From NCBI GenBank assembly GCA_964270895.1, contig OZ185441.1: a stretch of 64,000 bases of DNA. One strand, given 5' to 3'. The position numbers and the translations under genes are program-made. This stretch comes from Podarcis filfolensis. Lineage: Eukaryota. Positions 1 to 14,900 of the stretch are shown one piece after another. How positions within the stretch are numbered: the stretch's first letter is position 1; every line of letters begins with the position of its first letter. The notes below the pieces were generated by a model, which was not told the DNA's origin, ran no database searches, and saw only the letters and a list, made by a program, of their open reading frames with translations.

Positions 1-3000
1 GGAATGTCCTCGCCTTTCCTCCCCATGCATGCCCCCTAAATCTGTTCTGGGCATGCCTGAAACCCTCCAGGGCAGATTTGTGGATGGTGTGGGGTACAGG
101 TATGAGGAGGTGGGGTAAAATCCCCTTGCAGGGAGAGAAGGGGCAAAACTGGATCTTTTCAATTAAAACCATTTCTCCCAAAACACCAATCCCCACCCCA
201 GCACCCATTTTTGTGCCGGTAGGAATACAAAAATAGGAGAATTTGTTGGGTTTTCCATACATTGCTATAGCCCTTATTAGGGAGACTGTTGTATAACAGA
301 TTTTCCATATGTTTGGGGCAAGTGTGTGTGGAGCGCAGTACCACAGAATATGAAGACTGTGGGCCATGCTCTAATAATGACAGTACTAATTCTATGTGCC
401 TTTGGCATCCTGACAGAAGAACACTGTGGGGCAAATCACATTTAAAATTTAAAATCTATTTGTAATACAGCATATGGACTTGCTTTACAATGAAAGAAGG
501 GAGGAAAAGTCTGCCCAAGTCCCTAGTCATGCCTAGAGTAGATTTATGAAACCCTCTTGATATCCAGTAATATTATAAAAGTACACAGACCTACTTCATT
601 AGTGGGGTGGACACTGAGATGGCCAATATTAGTTTTTACAACTATAGCAATTTGAATATATACACATATTTAGAGATGGTCCCATTATTGTTCCAGATTT
701 TGATATCTGGTTGCTTCCACCTGGCCTAACTCCATATGATAAATCCAGATTTCAGAACAAGAGATAGAATTCTGTGTATGCACCATTATCTCACTCTAAG
801 CATATAATTTTTAATATTTATTTTATTGACACCCTCCCCCCCAAATTTAGTAATTGCACGATGGTGACAATGTCTCAATCAAAACTAAGAGGAAATTTAA
901 AAACAACCACCTGCACTGCTGAAGTCCAAAATATTCTGTCTGGGAAGGAAGGACAACTCATTGCTTTGTTCTCTTCAATAATTTTAACTGTGATACTGCA
1001 CCATTTAATCCTTGCATCATTTTGGAAATACCCCCAACTCCAAGTTAGTTGTTCTCCCTTGGAGAAAAAAATAAATCTAAAAATCCTCACCAAATTCTTC
1101 TCTGGAAATTGTGCTGGAAAAATGGGAACGCAAAAATCTGAGACAGCAGTGTTTGACTGGATTTGAAATCTATCCCTAAACACATTCAGACTGTAATCCT
1201 GTATCTCATTGAAGTAAACTGAACTGAATTCAATAGGACTTTGTTGGTAGTGCTTTATGTATGTGAATATATATAAAACACACACAACCATATATTTATG
1301 GGACTCTGAACAATAAAAAGTGATATTTGGAGGCTGGAAATTACAGTTCAGCAACATTAATGAGAAGAGACATTCAAAATAAATAGGCAGGGTGTAGAAT
1401 TTTCCCAAACAAACACTGGGAATGAAATTTTGATTGTGTGATAACATAGACACAATAAATCAAATCTTTGACCCAGCAAGACAGAAAAATAAAGCTTGAT
1501 TTATTTGTTGCCCTTTATGTAGCCAAGAAATTAAAATATTTGGTATTAATTGCAATTAGGAAATGGAGTCTAGGGAAACGTTAATTTAAAGGACAGATGG
1601 TATAAGATGCAGGATACTGCAAAAGAGAAAAGCAGCAAGAATTTATGCTGCTTGCTTCTAGAGTAGTCCCACTGATTTCCATGGGATTACTCAGATGAAG
1701 CATTTGGGTCTGCAGCTAAAATTCTTTCGGGATGAACAATGCTTCCTTTGGGAATTTTGGCTTTTATTCATTTATAATCCCAGTTAAACTGAAGTACAAT
1801 AATTTAAGCCAACTGGCACCCTCTCCTAAACACATTTACTTGGCATTAAGTTCTTCTGAAATCACTGGAACATGTTTCCAAATAAGTGTGTTGAGGACTG
1901 TGATGTAAATCAGCTTAAATTCCAAGCAGATTAATTTAAATGAGGGCCAAATTAGACAATATAGGAGAGATGCATAAACAGTCCCCTGATTCCCCCCCCC
2001 CATTCATTTTAAATGCAGCCATGAAGGGCTAAGGATGCTTAAATATTTCCTTGCAGGCCATTTCTCTAATCAAGTCATGCCCTCAGCTGTTTCCACAACC
2101 ATAGGGTCCTGTTCTTTTGCCCTTTGGATGAAAAAACCAGGGAGGCATTTCTCCCCCCAGAATAACAGCCTAGAGGGCAAGAATTAAGTCTGTTTTCCTC
2201 CAGCCAAGGTCTCCAGCATCTCACCCAGTTTGGCCATCAACTGTGAATTAACCTATGATGACACAAATAGATCACTTATTTTGCAAATTAAAGCAAATCA
2301 AATGATGTTAAAAATTATGGGTACAAAAAAAAAAGAGAGAGCTCAAGGGACCACAGCTAGCAGGAGAGCAGGTACTGCGTACACATGATGCTACTAATTT
2401 GGTTCTTGTGTGTTGCATGAAATGACAACAGACTTTGGAATTGTTGTCAGAACAATCACTCTAATGGTGTATGTCCATGGACTTCTGGAGATGTGTATTG
2501 GTGGCTCCATTCTTAGCTGCAGGATCATGTCCAGAGCATAGAGCTGGGAGAGTGCTCTTCAACCCAGTTTATGCAATGGAGTGCTCTCCCCAATGCTATA
2601 TGAAGCCATTGAGGGTAGTCCCTAGGAGTTTTGGAGCACGGTGTCATTTGTAGGTAGATGATACCCAACTCAATTTCTCCATTATGCCAAACCTGTTCTA
2701 GATGGGGTTCACTCCCTCTGAAGGAGCAGGTTTGCAAGTTAGGGGCACTCAAGTGACCTCTGTGGCTTTTACTAGCATTGGCGGATACACCAGCTGCAAC
2801 CATCCCTGGACCAAGACAGTCTGACTACAGTAGTCCATGCATGCCTAACCTCAAGAATCACTGTAGCAAACTTTGTTGGTTTGATTGTGTTATCTGGACC
2901 AGAAGTTGCAAGTAGTGCAGAATGCAGAGGCCAGACTGCTTACAGGAACAGGTTACTAGCAATATATTGCTCAATTGCTGAGAAAACAGCACTGGTTGCC

Positions 3001-4760
3001 AATTTGCTACCATGTCGGGTTTAAGGTTCTTTTGTTAAGCCAAAGCCCTAAACTGTGTGGGGTCAATACTAATTTCTTATGCTCTACCTCAGTAGAGCAT
3101 CTTCTGATGCTCTTCTGATGGGGCAGTTTTGTTGGTCAAGACCCATGGTTTGGTCAGCCTTTGCCAGGGACTGAGCACTTAATGTGGCAGGCCCTGCCTG
3201 CAGCAGCCCGGCATGAATCATCTTTGTCTTCTTTTAGACACCTTTTGAAAACTATTTTTCAGACAGGCCTTTGAATTGTGAATTTTTTACCTACTAGTAT
3301 GTATTGATGTTTTTATATTATTGGTTTTATGTTGTACACAGGCTTCTATAAAAGTGTGATATTTTAAATAAAAACATTTCCCAACATACAAAAAGGGCCA
3401 GCAAGTAGTGCATATGTGTGGGGACTTCAAACAAATGTTGCAGTGTTGATTCCTTTTGATAGTCAGGATAGCGCCACGCCCTTTGTCAAAATACTCCATC
3501 TATCTTTCTGCCATTTTTCATCCTCAGCAGTCACCGGTCCAACCCAACTGAGCATAGTGAGTTCTCATTGGCCTGTTTTGATAGGGTCTTTTTTCTACCA
3601 TAAGTTTTTATTCTGCTTTAAGCTTTTTCTGCAAACCTTGGGATTTCCCCATGCACCTTTTCTCATTAAGACACCTGTGTACTTTACTTTAAACTTTTTA
3701 TTTATGAAGTTACATATATTGGATCTGTTATACAAAATACTGCTTTTGTATTATGAAAAATTACTGTGCCAGCAATGAAAAACTTAAAACATGCCTTAGT
3801 GTTTTCTGATTAAAATATAAAACTTTCCCCACAACATTCAGTTTTTCTTCATAGTTGGTTTGATGCACTCATTTGTTCTCTTGATAACACAAGAAGATGT
3901 TGCTTTTCCAGTATCTTCTTAAAGAGGCATTTGTCTTAGGAGGTGAGGTTCAGACAGGTTTTTCCGTACATTTTGAGGATTCTTCAGGGATGAATGGCTA
4001 CATGAACAAAACATTGTAAAGCAATTATTTTAAAGATGAAAATAATTCTGGATACAATAACAGTTTAATGCCATTTGCCTCCATAGATGTGTTTATATTC
4101 TATGCTTAAGCTTCTCTTAAATTCTAGTATGTAACTAGACCAGACCATGTTCCACAGACATTTATTTCTGGCAGTACGTTAAGGCTGCAATCCTATACCC
4201 ACATTCTTATAAACAAAGTATGTATAGAAGTGCACTATAAATGGATATATTTATTTATAAAAATATTTTAGCTACTACCTATTACAATCAGCCTTGAGCT
4301 GGTGTGCACAAGTATAAAACACAAATCACAATGAAACTGTTCAAACAGCAAGATCATAATGAAATGAATATGATTGTAGCTGATTACCCTAAGGGAATCA
4401 GTATCTGACTCCTCCACATTAAATGTGAGAAAAAACCAGAGTACAGTTGTGTTTTTAACAAGCACCAAAATATCATCAGTGTTGGTGCTTGTCAGAGGGG
4501 AGGTAGTTCCATTAAAAAGAGGACTACTGCAGAGAAGACTGTCTCCTTAGTTTTTGCTCACCAAGACTGGTATAACTAAGAGGGCCTCCTGGGTCAAATA
4601 AAATGCATGAGCAGAGCAGTAAGGAGAAAGATGCTCCTGTAGGTTTTCTAGCCCCAAGTCATCTAGGCCTTATAGGCAAAAACCAAAACCTAGAACCTGG
4701 CCTGGTAGCTTACTGGCAGCCAGTGCAGCTCCCTTAGAAGTAGTGCAATATACACATATA

Positions 4761-4915
4761 CTGTATTTTTCCATCTATAACACACCCCCATGTATAAGAC
4801 GCCCCTATTTGGGGGGACTCAGATTTAAGAAAATGGGGGGGGGGAGATGGCCCCCTATTTTTTGACATTATTTTTTAGGGGGGGGGAACCTACTCTTATA
4901 CACGGGAAAATACGG
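4761..4915. mobile_element. Tc1/mariner-type MITE (TIR cYgtatttt, TA TSD) nested in an L2 relic (about 4600-5130, minus)
   Basis: ta|ctgtatttttcc ... ggaaaatacgg|ta. Confidence 0.7.
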
Positions 4916-7055
4916 TAATTGGACACTCTGCAAAGTAACATAGTAGCAGCATTCTGCAGCTTACAGACCAAGCTTAAGGAAAGCTCCACATAGAGTGCAT
5001 TATTACAGTAGTCTATTCTTGACGTTACCAATGCATGGTCACAGTGGCCAGGTTATTTGCTACTCCTAGTCCTAGCCATTGTAGCCACTTGGGATTCCAG
5101 AGACAAATGAATCAAGCTACACTCCCAAAGTGTGTGCTTCCTTCTTTAGGAGGGAGAGGAACCCCATCCAGAACAGTCACATCACCAAACTGCTGGACCC
5201 TGGAACCACCCACCCACCTCCATCCTGTCAGGATTCAATTTCAAATTACTTGCTCTCATTATTACATCCAGACAGAGGTTCAGAACCTGTACAGCCACAT
5301 CTGATTCAACTGTAACAAAGAAATAGAGCTGGATAGCATCAGCATATCGCTGACACCACATTCTAAATATCCTGAGGTTCGCTCCTAACGGCTTTTTGTA
5401 GATGTTAAATAAACAGTATAGTCCCCAGTACAGTATATATGTTCAATGGTACAATCCTATGTATGTTTACTCAGAAATAAATACAATTTTGTTCAATGGA
5501 GATCAATGCACAATAAGTATGCACAGGATTGCAGCCTAAATGTTAAATCTAAAAAATCCCTACACAATGCAAACTGTAATACCACTAGAACATACAATGA
5601 CTGCAGTATTATCATTGGTTTCTATGAGATAAGTAAAAAATATTCATTTGAGGGTACAGCACAATCTTGTGGCATGTCAACTCAGAAAACAAAACCTCAA
5701 GTTCAGTGACACTTACTTCCAGACTGTGGGTATGGAAATGTATTCTTAATGACTGCTTGATATACTCTTGTTAGGACTAGAAAGATATGTGCTATGCGAA
5801 TGAAAATGCAGAACACTTATTATCTGAATTTCAGTTACCCAATGCCTGATATTTGTATTTCTTTTGTGTTCTTTGCACAGAGGTATACTCTGTATTTTAC
5901 ATAAATAATTCCCCCATTTATCTTAATTCTGGCAATCCAAATGTTTTCCAGATCATTCCGATAAAGGAGTCTGTTCTCTGTCTAACTGCAAAGCCCAGCT
6001 AGGGCGGTCTGCTATGGAGACAGGTTTCCACTGGGAGATTTCTCCTGACAGGAGCTCAGAATGCTACTGCCAGGCAAGGGAAGGCACATTCAGAATTCAA
6101 CCATGCTCATGTGCTCTTCTGCAGTGTGCACATATTGCTGAACAGGAAATCAGTGCAGTCAGCTTTGCTAGTTTCTGGGGGAAAGTGAGGACTAGGCTGA
6201 GTCCAGCATCCGGTTTCCTCTCACTGCAAGAGACGATTTGCACTTTCAGTAGCGAAGGACAAAGGGAGAATCCTTGAGTTCAATGATAGTTTGACAGTTT
6301 ATTGGTACACTCAGATATCTTTGGATCACATCCTATATATGATGCATAAAATCCAAGCAGCTTTAAGGCCAAGGATCTCCTGACTTTAAAAAATACATGT
6401 GCAAGAAGCCTACATTAGGTACAGGAAGTGGTTCTGGGAAGTTTTAACCTCATACTCCATTCCTTTTTTAAAATCATCCCCATTGCTACTAGCTGTGTTG
6501 AGAAAAAAATACAGACATGCATTAGAATCAGCTGCATATACAGTCTGCACAGTCAGCACTGATTCGGTTTGCCATGTAGATCAGCAAGTTATCAGCGTGG
6601 GATATCACAATTATTGGATTGTGGTGATTCTGTACCACTCAGGAGTGGATTGGCAGAAGGATCAATTGAGCTCTCCTCCCTTCCAGGCTTTCACAGTAAA
6701 CAGTATTGGAGAAGTGGTAGTAGACTGTATGTGTGCTGTTTCTTCACTCCAATCACCCTATAAGGGGCTTTTGCCCCCAGTAACTTCCAAATATGGACTG
6801 GAAATCCTCACCGTCCCGTGTCCCCCCCCCCCCACTACCAGAAATGACATTCCAGTTTAAAAAGGACTATCACAATAATGTTACACATATCTAGTTTGGC
6901 CCTATCAGTTACAAAATGTGATCAGCCTAAATCAGAATTTTGCTAAAAAATATGAAATGAAAAAAGGAAGAACTTCAAAAACAAAAATTGTTCAAATATC
7001 AACAAAATAGTCCCTGTGTGCTACAGCTGTACACAGGAAGCTGAACCTCCCTCTC

Positions 7056-7061
7056 TTTATT
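7056..7061 (-). terminator. PPP1R42: Putative polyadenylation signal AATAAA of PPP1R42
   Basis: tttatt on + at 7056-7061, about 120 nt downstream of the stop codon. Confidence 0.5.
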
Positions 7062-7177
7062 AGTATGCATTTTCTTGTCAATATAAATTTTAGTGGATTA
7101 ACCTCTGTGAACCCATCTCTCTAAATAGTGCACTTCCAGCCCCTCATTTATGCAGAACTTTCAGTTATGCAGAAGTT

Positions 7178-7380
7178 TCATACACTGATGGACTCCAAAG
7201 GTGTGCTACAAGAAACATACCTCGTTTTCTCAGTAACTCTGTCTTCTTCATGGACGGTTCGATGGGATTCTTTACTATAAGGAGATCTATGCATCTCAGA
7301 CAAAATTGCAAAATTTGGTTTTTCTTTGGTCATTGGGAAATAGTAAATAGGAAAATGTGGGTGTTCTTTGTCATTATTAT
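7178..7380 (-). CDS. PPP1R42: PPP1R42 last coding exon (D-NNDKEHPHFPIYYFPMTKEKPNFAILSEMHRSP...LESISV*)
   Basis: Acceptor ccctgcag|AT, phase 1 matches the previous exon, TGA at 7180-7178. HPHFPIYYFPMTKEKPNFAILSEM resembles human [22 protein letters not shown]. Confidence 0.8.
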
Positions 7381-8029
7381 CTGCAGGGTACAAATACATG
7401 CATGCATTAATTATTCCAAAAACTTTCCCCACAAAATATTAACCAAACCAATGAAGACATGGTTACACCTGCAAAATATATAATAACTAGATAAAGTGGA
7501 AATATAATTTAACAGAACTTTGGATAATTTATGGAAGTATAGCATTTTTCAAAAATAAACTATAAACATTACTGATGTGCATGTTTAATGTCAAAGTGCC
7601 TGAGAACATTATCCAAGCAGAATTTTCAGCTAAAAATTGGAAGTAGCAGAAAAATGATGGTGAAAGAGAAGCCTTTGCTCTGTTACTCATTTTACAAACT
7701 AAGACTCTGGAAAGTGACATAAATAGGTAAATAATGATGATGATTATTTAAAAAAAAAACTACTTTTACACAGTGATTCTCTACAGGCAGCAATACTATA
7801 ACTGCTCAACTGTACACAATAAAAGTACATAAACTTTTAAAATACTGGGTAAATGTAATTCAAAATTCTTCCTATAAAATATTTTGAAGATTTGCTACAG
7901 AAGACAAATAACCCATTCATCAATCATTTTACTGGATTATCAAAAAGAGTGAGTATACTTTATTTCTTTAGAAGATTTATCTACTGTACTTCTAGGAAGC
8001 CAAAGGGCAACAAAATCAGACAATGTAAA

Positions 8030-9640
8030 AACAAAGCAAAAAATAACACAACCCCCAAATACATAACATAGCAACACAACAATTTACTAATACTATCAGC
8101 AGCAAACTAAGCTATTTTTCCAGTCAGGTCTCTCATCTTCCAAATGCTTTCCGAAAAAAAGTGAATCTGAACTAATGGCCCAACTGGGAAGGGAATTCCA
8201 CACAAGGAGCCACCAATGAAGAGGCCCTTCCGCAGGTCCTCACACTACGTATTTCATCCCATTTAGAGGTTACAAAGAAGACAGCATGGGCATGTCAGTA
8301 TAGCAAAAGGCATTCTTGCATAAATTTGTGTTCCAGGCCACTTACATGTCAAAGTAAGCAACTTCATCTGGACCCAGAAAACAATTGGCAACTGATGCAG
8401 CTCTTTTAAAATAGGAGTAATATGCTCACAGTGTGCTACCCTTACCAGCATTCTGCACTAGTTAAAATTTTTGGAACACCTTCAAGGACAGTCCTAGATA
8501 GAGTGCATTAAAATCCAATTTGGAGGTTACAATAACAGCCATGGCTGGAATGTCCCTATCCAGAAATAGCTGTAGTTGGCATACCAGCCAAAATGGGCAT
8601 AAGCTCTCCTAGTCGTAAATGACAAAGATTGTTCCAAAAGCACCCCCAAACTATGCACCTTGTTGTTCAAGTGCAACCCCATCAAGTACATGTTCTGCCA
8701 ACTCCTGGGCGAGAGAACTACCCACCCACAGTATCTGTGGCTTGCCTGGATTCATCTTCAATTTACTGATCCACATCCAGCCCATTACTGCCTTCAGATA
8801 GACACTGGTTCAGGGCCTGCATTGCCTCTTCTGGTACTGATGGAACAGAGAGACAGAGTTGGGTGTCATCAACATACTGATGACAAGTTGCTCCAAATCC
8901 CCTGATGGCTGTTCCCAGTGGCTTTATATAGATATTAAATAGCATCTGCAACAAGATTTAAGCCTACAGAACTCAATAGGACAACCCCTACAGGTCAAGC
9001 AGAAGTCATCCAATGCTGTTCTCTGGAACTGTCCTTGGAGATAGGAATGAAACCACTGCAGTGCAGTGCTTCCAACTTAGGGGGTGCAGTATACCATTGC
9101 CAATAGTACCAAAAGTCACTGAGAAATCAAAGAGAATCAATAGGGCCACACTCTCCCAGTTATTCTCTTGACAAATTTCACTGACCAGGGCAACCAAAGC
9201 AGTTTCTGTCACTAAACCTGGCATGAAGTCAGAATGCAATGGGTCTAGTTGCTTTCATCAGAGCATGCTTGAAGCTGCCTATCAGCTTGCTCTTGCCAGC
9301 CAGGAGGAGTAAGAGTCAAGAAGGCACATGGTTGGCTGCATACATTAGAGCAGCTTGTCCATGTCTTTGTGTTGCAGTAGTTGAAACTGATTCATAACAG
9401 CGGACCAGTCAGTCCTCTGGAAGGCTCTATAGGACAACCAAACTTATCATCCAGTTTATAATGGATCTGAGTAACTTTACCCTTGAAGTGCCTGGCAAAT
9501 TTGTCACAGCAGGCCAATAATGGGACAGCCTCCTTCATCTGGGAAAATCCTTTACCACAAAGGAAAAGCTCTGCTGGGTGGCTACTTTAAGATGTAATAT
9601 TGGCAGAGAAGTAAGCCCATAACCACTGCCACGCAGTAGA
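8030..9640 (-). mobile_element. Degraded L2-clade LINE (reverse transcriptase region to 3' end) in the last PPP1R42 intron
   Basis: Frameshifted peptides LFNIYIKPLG..HQYVDDTQLCLS (8763..8954), FMPGLVTETALVALV..LLILFDFSVTF (9006..9239) and HCEHITPILKELHQLPI (8263..8451). Confidence 0.85.
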
Positions 9641-9934
9641 CACAAAGATGTGCTTGTAACTGTTTGGTCAGATTCATCTAGCCATCACTTCTTGCTCCTT
9701 GAATTTAGGTTCCTCAGTATTCCAGGGAGCCATCTGGGTTTTATCCTGTTGAAGAGAGCTTCTAGGAGCAATCCTTTTGAGAACTGCTTCAGAAGAAGTG
9801 TTGGCCATGCCAGTTGAAACCCCCCCCCCCCCCACAGCATTCACCAAAAGACTAAACACTCCCAGGAGTAACCTTAAAAGCATTATAACCTTTTCCTTCT
9901 AAACAGCCTATTTTCTTAATTTTGTAAATGATCA

Positions 9935-10114
<180 letters not shown>

Positions 10115-11109
10115 TCAAGAAAATGCTGATAACTCTGGCTTACCCAATCCTTTCCTAGATGTGGCTCTGGTATTCTTAGGAAGTCAATATCATGGAGAAA
10201 CTTTTGTCTCAGTATGAATTGTTCTTTTGCCATCAATGATTATGCCAGACCTGAAACACCAGTTTGTTTCCCTAATCTCCACCTGCTATGGTATAGGTGC
10301 TAGATTCCTAGCACAAGAGAAAATCTCATCTCCATGCTTCAGTGATGTGAGCCCTGCTGTGGGGTAGCACAACAACCACCGGTGCTCTACCAGTTCTTTG
10401 GCAGAATCTAGGAAAGCTTTCATGGGGGAAGAGGGTGGCTGTGCCAGCATCCTGGGTGGCATCCTAAGGGCTTCTGTAGTAGTTCTATCAGCTCAACCTG
10501 ATTCTGGCAGGTGACTGTGTGCTTTCCTCCATGTGACCTTGACGGCTTCATTCTTCATAAGAAATACAGCAGATATTTCTCAGTTGGATATTTCAGGCAG
10601 GGCCTCTTTGTCTGTGGCACCCAAGATTTGGAACAGTCATGGGAGGTCTGCCTGGAATCATTACTGTTTACTTTTAGAAGAGTTTTATTTCAACAATAAT
10701 TCTGAGTAAATGTACATAGGATTGGGTCGTGGCTTGTTATAGGCCTCTCCCTGGACCCCTGTGGAGAGTAAGAATTGCCTCAGGTGTCTAGGCAGGTTAT
10801 TTCTACTAAAAATGTATTTTGAAGGTTGCTAACAACTAAAAGATATATGGGACTGTCAAACTAGTAATTTTTTTGTGACCTAGTAACATCTGTTGGCCTA
10901 TATAGAAGTCTAAGGCTACAATCCTATACCCACTTAGCTTACATATTCACAGGAAATTTGTTGTATGGTATGCAACACAATCCTAGACATGTCTACTCAG
11001 AAGTAAGCCCCAATGAGTACATCATGGGACTTTTTCCCAGGTAAGTGTGTTAATGCATGGATTAATTTCTGGTAAAAGAAAAGTGCTCTCTGAAAGTACA
11101 TTATTTTAC

Positions 11110-11227
11110 CAAGGGATTTTGATTGCTGTATAACTCTGTCCTTATATTTTGGTTTCTGGCAAACAGGATTTCCATTCAGCTCTAATTTGCGCAGGTTGGT
11201 CCATACACCCAGCACAAACTCCAAGTC
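11110..11227 (-). CDS. PPP1R42: PPP1R42 coding exon 5 (DLEFVLGVWTNLRKLELNGNPVCQKPKYKDRVIQQSKSL)
   Basis: ttgcag|GAC, G|gtaaaa, 118 nt; LRR cap; ORF track 10997..11233. Confidence 0.92.
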
Positions 11228-11539
11228 CTGCAAATACCAAAGAAAAGAAAATCAATACTTTTGCTAACTTAGCTCAGTGCTGTAACTAGGTGGATTAATA
11301 ATTCTATTTATTCAATTAAATGTAAACTTTCTAAAGTAATGTTATTTACACAGCTACCTTTATAAAGTAATCACATGATGGCATGCGGTATGTTAAATTA
11401 AGAAACACAATGCTTTACACATAAAGCCAAAAAGCAACCTTCTAATTATTCCTTAAACATGATTTCAACCCTTTGATCTTCACTTTCTACTGTAAAGGTA
11501 AAATGTAAAATATAGGCCAAAATCCAGAACACCAGAAAC

Positions 11540-11798
11540 ACATAAGAACCTAAGAAGAGCCTGCTGCATTAGACCAGTGCCTCATCCAGCATTCTGTTCT
11601 CACAGTGGCCCACCAGAGGCCTGTGGGAAAACAGCAGGATTTGGGCAAAAAAAGAGCACTCTTCCCCTCCTCTGGTTTCCAACAACTGGTATTGAGAAGC
11701 ATTGCTGCGTCCAACTGTGGAAGCTGAGCATAGTCCTCATGGCTAGTAGTCATCAATAGCCTGTTTCTTAATGATTCTGTCTAATCTTTTAAAGCTAC
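11540..11798 (-). mobile_element. CR1 LINE 3' end, running into the assembly gap
   Basis: cataagaacctaagaagagcctgctg...gttctcacagtggcc; same family as the 31446 and 53144 copies. Confidence 0.75.
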
Positions 11799-11988
11799 NN
11801 NNNNNNNNNNNNNNNNNNNNNNNNNNNNNNNNNNNNNNNNNNNNNNNNNNNNNNNNNNNNNNNNNNNNNNNNNNNNNNNNNNNNNNNNNNNNNNNNNNNN
11901 NNNNNNNNNNNNNNNNNNNNNNNNNNNNNNNNNNNNNNNNNNNNNNNNNNNNNNNNNNNNNNNNNNNNNNNNNNNNNNNNNNNNNNNN
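11799..11988. other. Assembly gap (190 N)
   Basis: Run of N. Confidence 1.
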
Positions 11989-14900
11989 ATGTGCTCAATT
12001 ATAGGGGCTTACATGCAAAAAAATCTGTGTATGTGGCTTGATTTTCCTCATGCAAGTTGCATCAGGGCCTACATGAAGAAAATAGACTCCCTGTATGTGG
12101 AGGTGTATCTCTGGATTCCGACCATAATGTAAGCTGCCTGAATATATATGAAACCTTGGTAGATTGCACTGGAATATTACTACTGGTTGTTGTTGCTGTT
12201 GTTTTGATGGCACTCTACAATATACAAAAACCCTTCACTTGCAAATGAATTCAGAGTTGTTTGTTCATGGAGAGGAAGCCACAGGTAGACAATTCTTTCA
12301 TGATTATTGTAATTATTTAGAATAAAAATAATAAATTTCCTCCACATCTGTTATTTTCTTGGCCTGAGCTAGGAGAAGGAAAGTTTTGTGTTTTTACATA
12401 ACCTTTATCTACTATGGGTTTCTTTCTTTTTTTATTAAGGGCAATCTGACCTAGTTTTTCTTTTATATTACTACAATATATAAACTGGTTAACATGGCTT
12501 GTATGACTTACAAGATTTGGCAGATATGGGACTTCTTGTGGAAATGCACTGCTCAAGTACCTTCTTATTGCTCTTCTGGATACTGTTGTCAGCAACCAGA
12601 AATAATAGCACTTGGCAACTGAATTGAAAGTAATTTGCTTTTTTCACCAGTTGAGAAATATTTTCACTTCCATCTGTGTAAATATTAACAATTCTCTTTT
12701 TCTTGATGCTCTTATTAAAAATTGTATAACATGTCACTATCTTTACAGTGACTTAGATCCTGATAAGTGCTAGCGGAAGTTGATAACTGTTTAGAGTGTT
12801 CTATTTGTTTTCAACTTTTTTTTAGAGTTTTGCTCACTATAGTGTTTTGCCATGGCTAATTTTAACTCACATTTTTTGTAGGCCACCCTGATATCTCTAC
12901 AGACAAAGGGAGAGTTATAAATATGTCAACAAGCCAGCTTTCCTTCCCACCAGCAGCTTCACAAGCTTCTTCTGAGGGTCAGGGACCCTCCTGAATGAGG
13001 TAGGCTGTGGGGAGAACCACTGAAATTCAAGCAGAGCACATTCTCTGTGTAGAGATCCTGCTTAAAGAAGATGCCTCCATCTCATTTTCAGCAACTCCCT
13101 TTTCACCCCCCATGCCACAGTGCTACCCTTATTCTGGAGAGTATTTCACCCTCAGGAGAGGCTACTTAGAGGACTGTCAGTGAGGAGTGGAGAAGGAAAT
13201 TTACCTTCTGCCAATCCTCTTCCGCTGGCTTTTTTCAGAATCCAAGTTATTATCTATTATTACTGTATTTGCATTCCTACATTTCGTTTACAATGATTAT
13301 CACTAAACACTTGTGACTCAATACACAGGGATGCACACAAACAGTTCTATGACAAAAGGTGTGTTGTGCCCGCCCTGCTCCCAGATAGATGTGTGGCAAA
13401 TGCTAAGTTTTTGAAAGGGTTTTCCCGGCACAGAATCCGATCTTGGATCAGTGAGGGGAACTGCATTAGCAGGTCCTGTCTACAAGTATGGTTCTCTATC
13501 CAGTTTCAGACATACATGCAGAAGCTTCATGTCATGTCCTAGCTGGATTAAATTATTGGAAATGTTACTTTTCAATGTACAACAGAACCTCTTAAGCTAT
13601 TCAGCAATATTTTCTAGTGTCTATCAGTTATCCGCACAAACCAGATGCAAGGAGCAGGAGAGCAAGGGTTTCTTTTTACTCTCCAGTATTTCATATTTGG
13701 GAAAATCCATAATCCTTGGACTGTTAAATTTCAAGTTTGCCAGAGGAGTCATGCAGAACATGGAAAGCAACATGGAGATTTTCTTTTAAGCTTTCCCACA
13801 ATTAACTATTTATAGAAACATTCTGCTTCTGTAACATTAACCTCAAGGAACTGTTTTCTTTCATAGTTATAAACATAATATTCTGCTCTGATTACTAAAC
13901 AAAAAGGCACATATTATTTCTCACATATAAAAATATATCAGGATGTATTTTCATATCAGATACAGTGTTTTGCATATCTAATGTTTTGCGTATCTGGACA
14001 ATTTGGCATTTTATTTCCCAAACTGAAACAAAGTCCAAGTACATGCAATTACATTGGCTCACATTAATCTCTTATCAACCTAAACTCTGCCTTTGTTGTC
14101 TCCATAAATGTCAAAATTTACATTGTAAGACCCATTGAAATCATCTTCCTATACTTGTAAAACTAGAATGCACTTGAAAAATTAGATCAACTAAAGCTGG
14201 TTTTGAAAATGTAAAATAGTATATATTTCTTGGAACCTTGCTAAGTAAATAGCTAAACTTTGATGAATGTACCCACAGAATTTTCCAGATTTTTGTTGAC
14301 TACTACTCACTTGATAAATGATCCAGAACCTGCTCACGCCATTGTATGTTTATCTAAGAAGGTACTAATCCCATGTTGAAATATGATTACCCTTTGGATA
14401 CGCTCTAGTTGTTCATTGCCTTCCTGTCTCTAATAAAGTGCTTTCACTTTACAGCCTTTCAATAAGCTATACTAAAGGGACTAGACACTTTTTTGGGCAG
14501 TCTCTGTTTGATAAATGATCATGTCATGCTATCACTTAGAGGTCTGCTACAAAATACTAAAGAGCAAATTATATTCTAGGCAAACTGTGGGAGGTGAAAG
14601 CCTCAGATGACATCCGTAGTACTAGCAGCAGCCTTCTTCCCAATTAATGATGGCCATTTAAGAACCTGTATTTGACCAGTGTACTCCAATTTTTATCGGC
14701 TGTGTCTAGCTCAACTGCCCTAACTACATCTGTAGACAGCAATTTGTCATCATTCTGACGGTCTGCCATTATCTCTTTCAGAAAATCTATATTTTCTCTC
14801 TTGTTCCTGACTGAATTGTGAAGTGAAGGAATTCATCTTTTTGATATCTTGTTGTCATAATCAATAATGGCAAAAGGTTGAATAAATTAAAGATTTACAA

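Noticed and set aside
774-1453. 130-aa and 192-aa ORFs as possible TCF24 or another gene
   Set aside because: No bHLH motif, low-information composition, no exon structure; TCF24 would lie outside the window if synteny holds
11771-12004. ORFs containing X runs
   Set aside because: Artefacts of the 190-N gap
14604-14753. Possible intronic C/D box snoRNA (ATGATGA...CTGA, minus strand)
   Set aside because: No terminal stem and no recognisable rRNA-complementary guide
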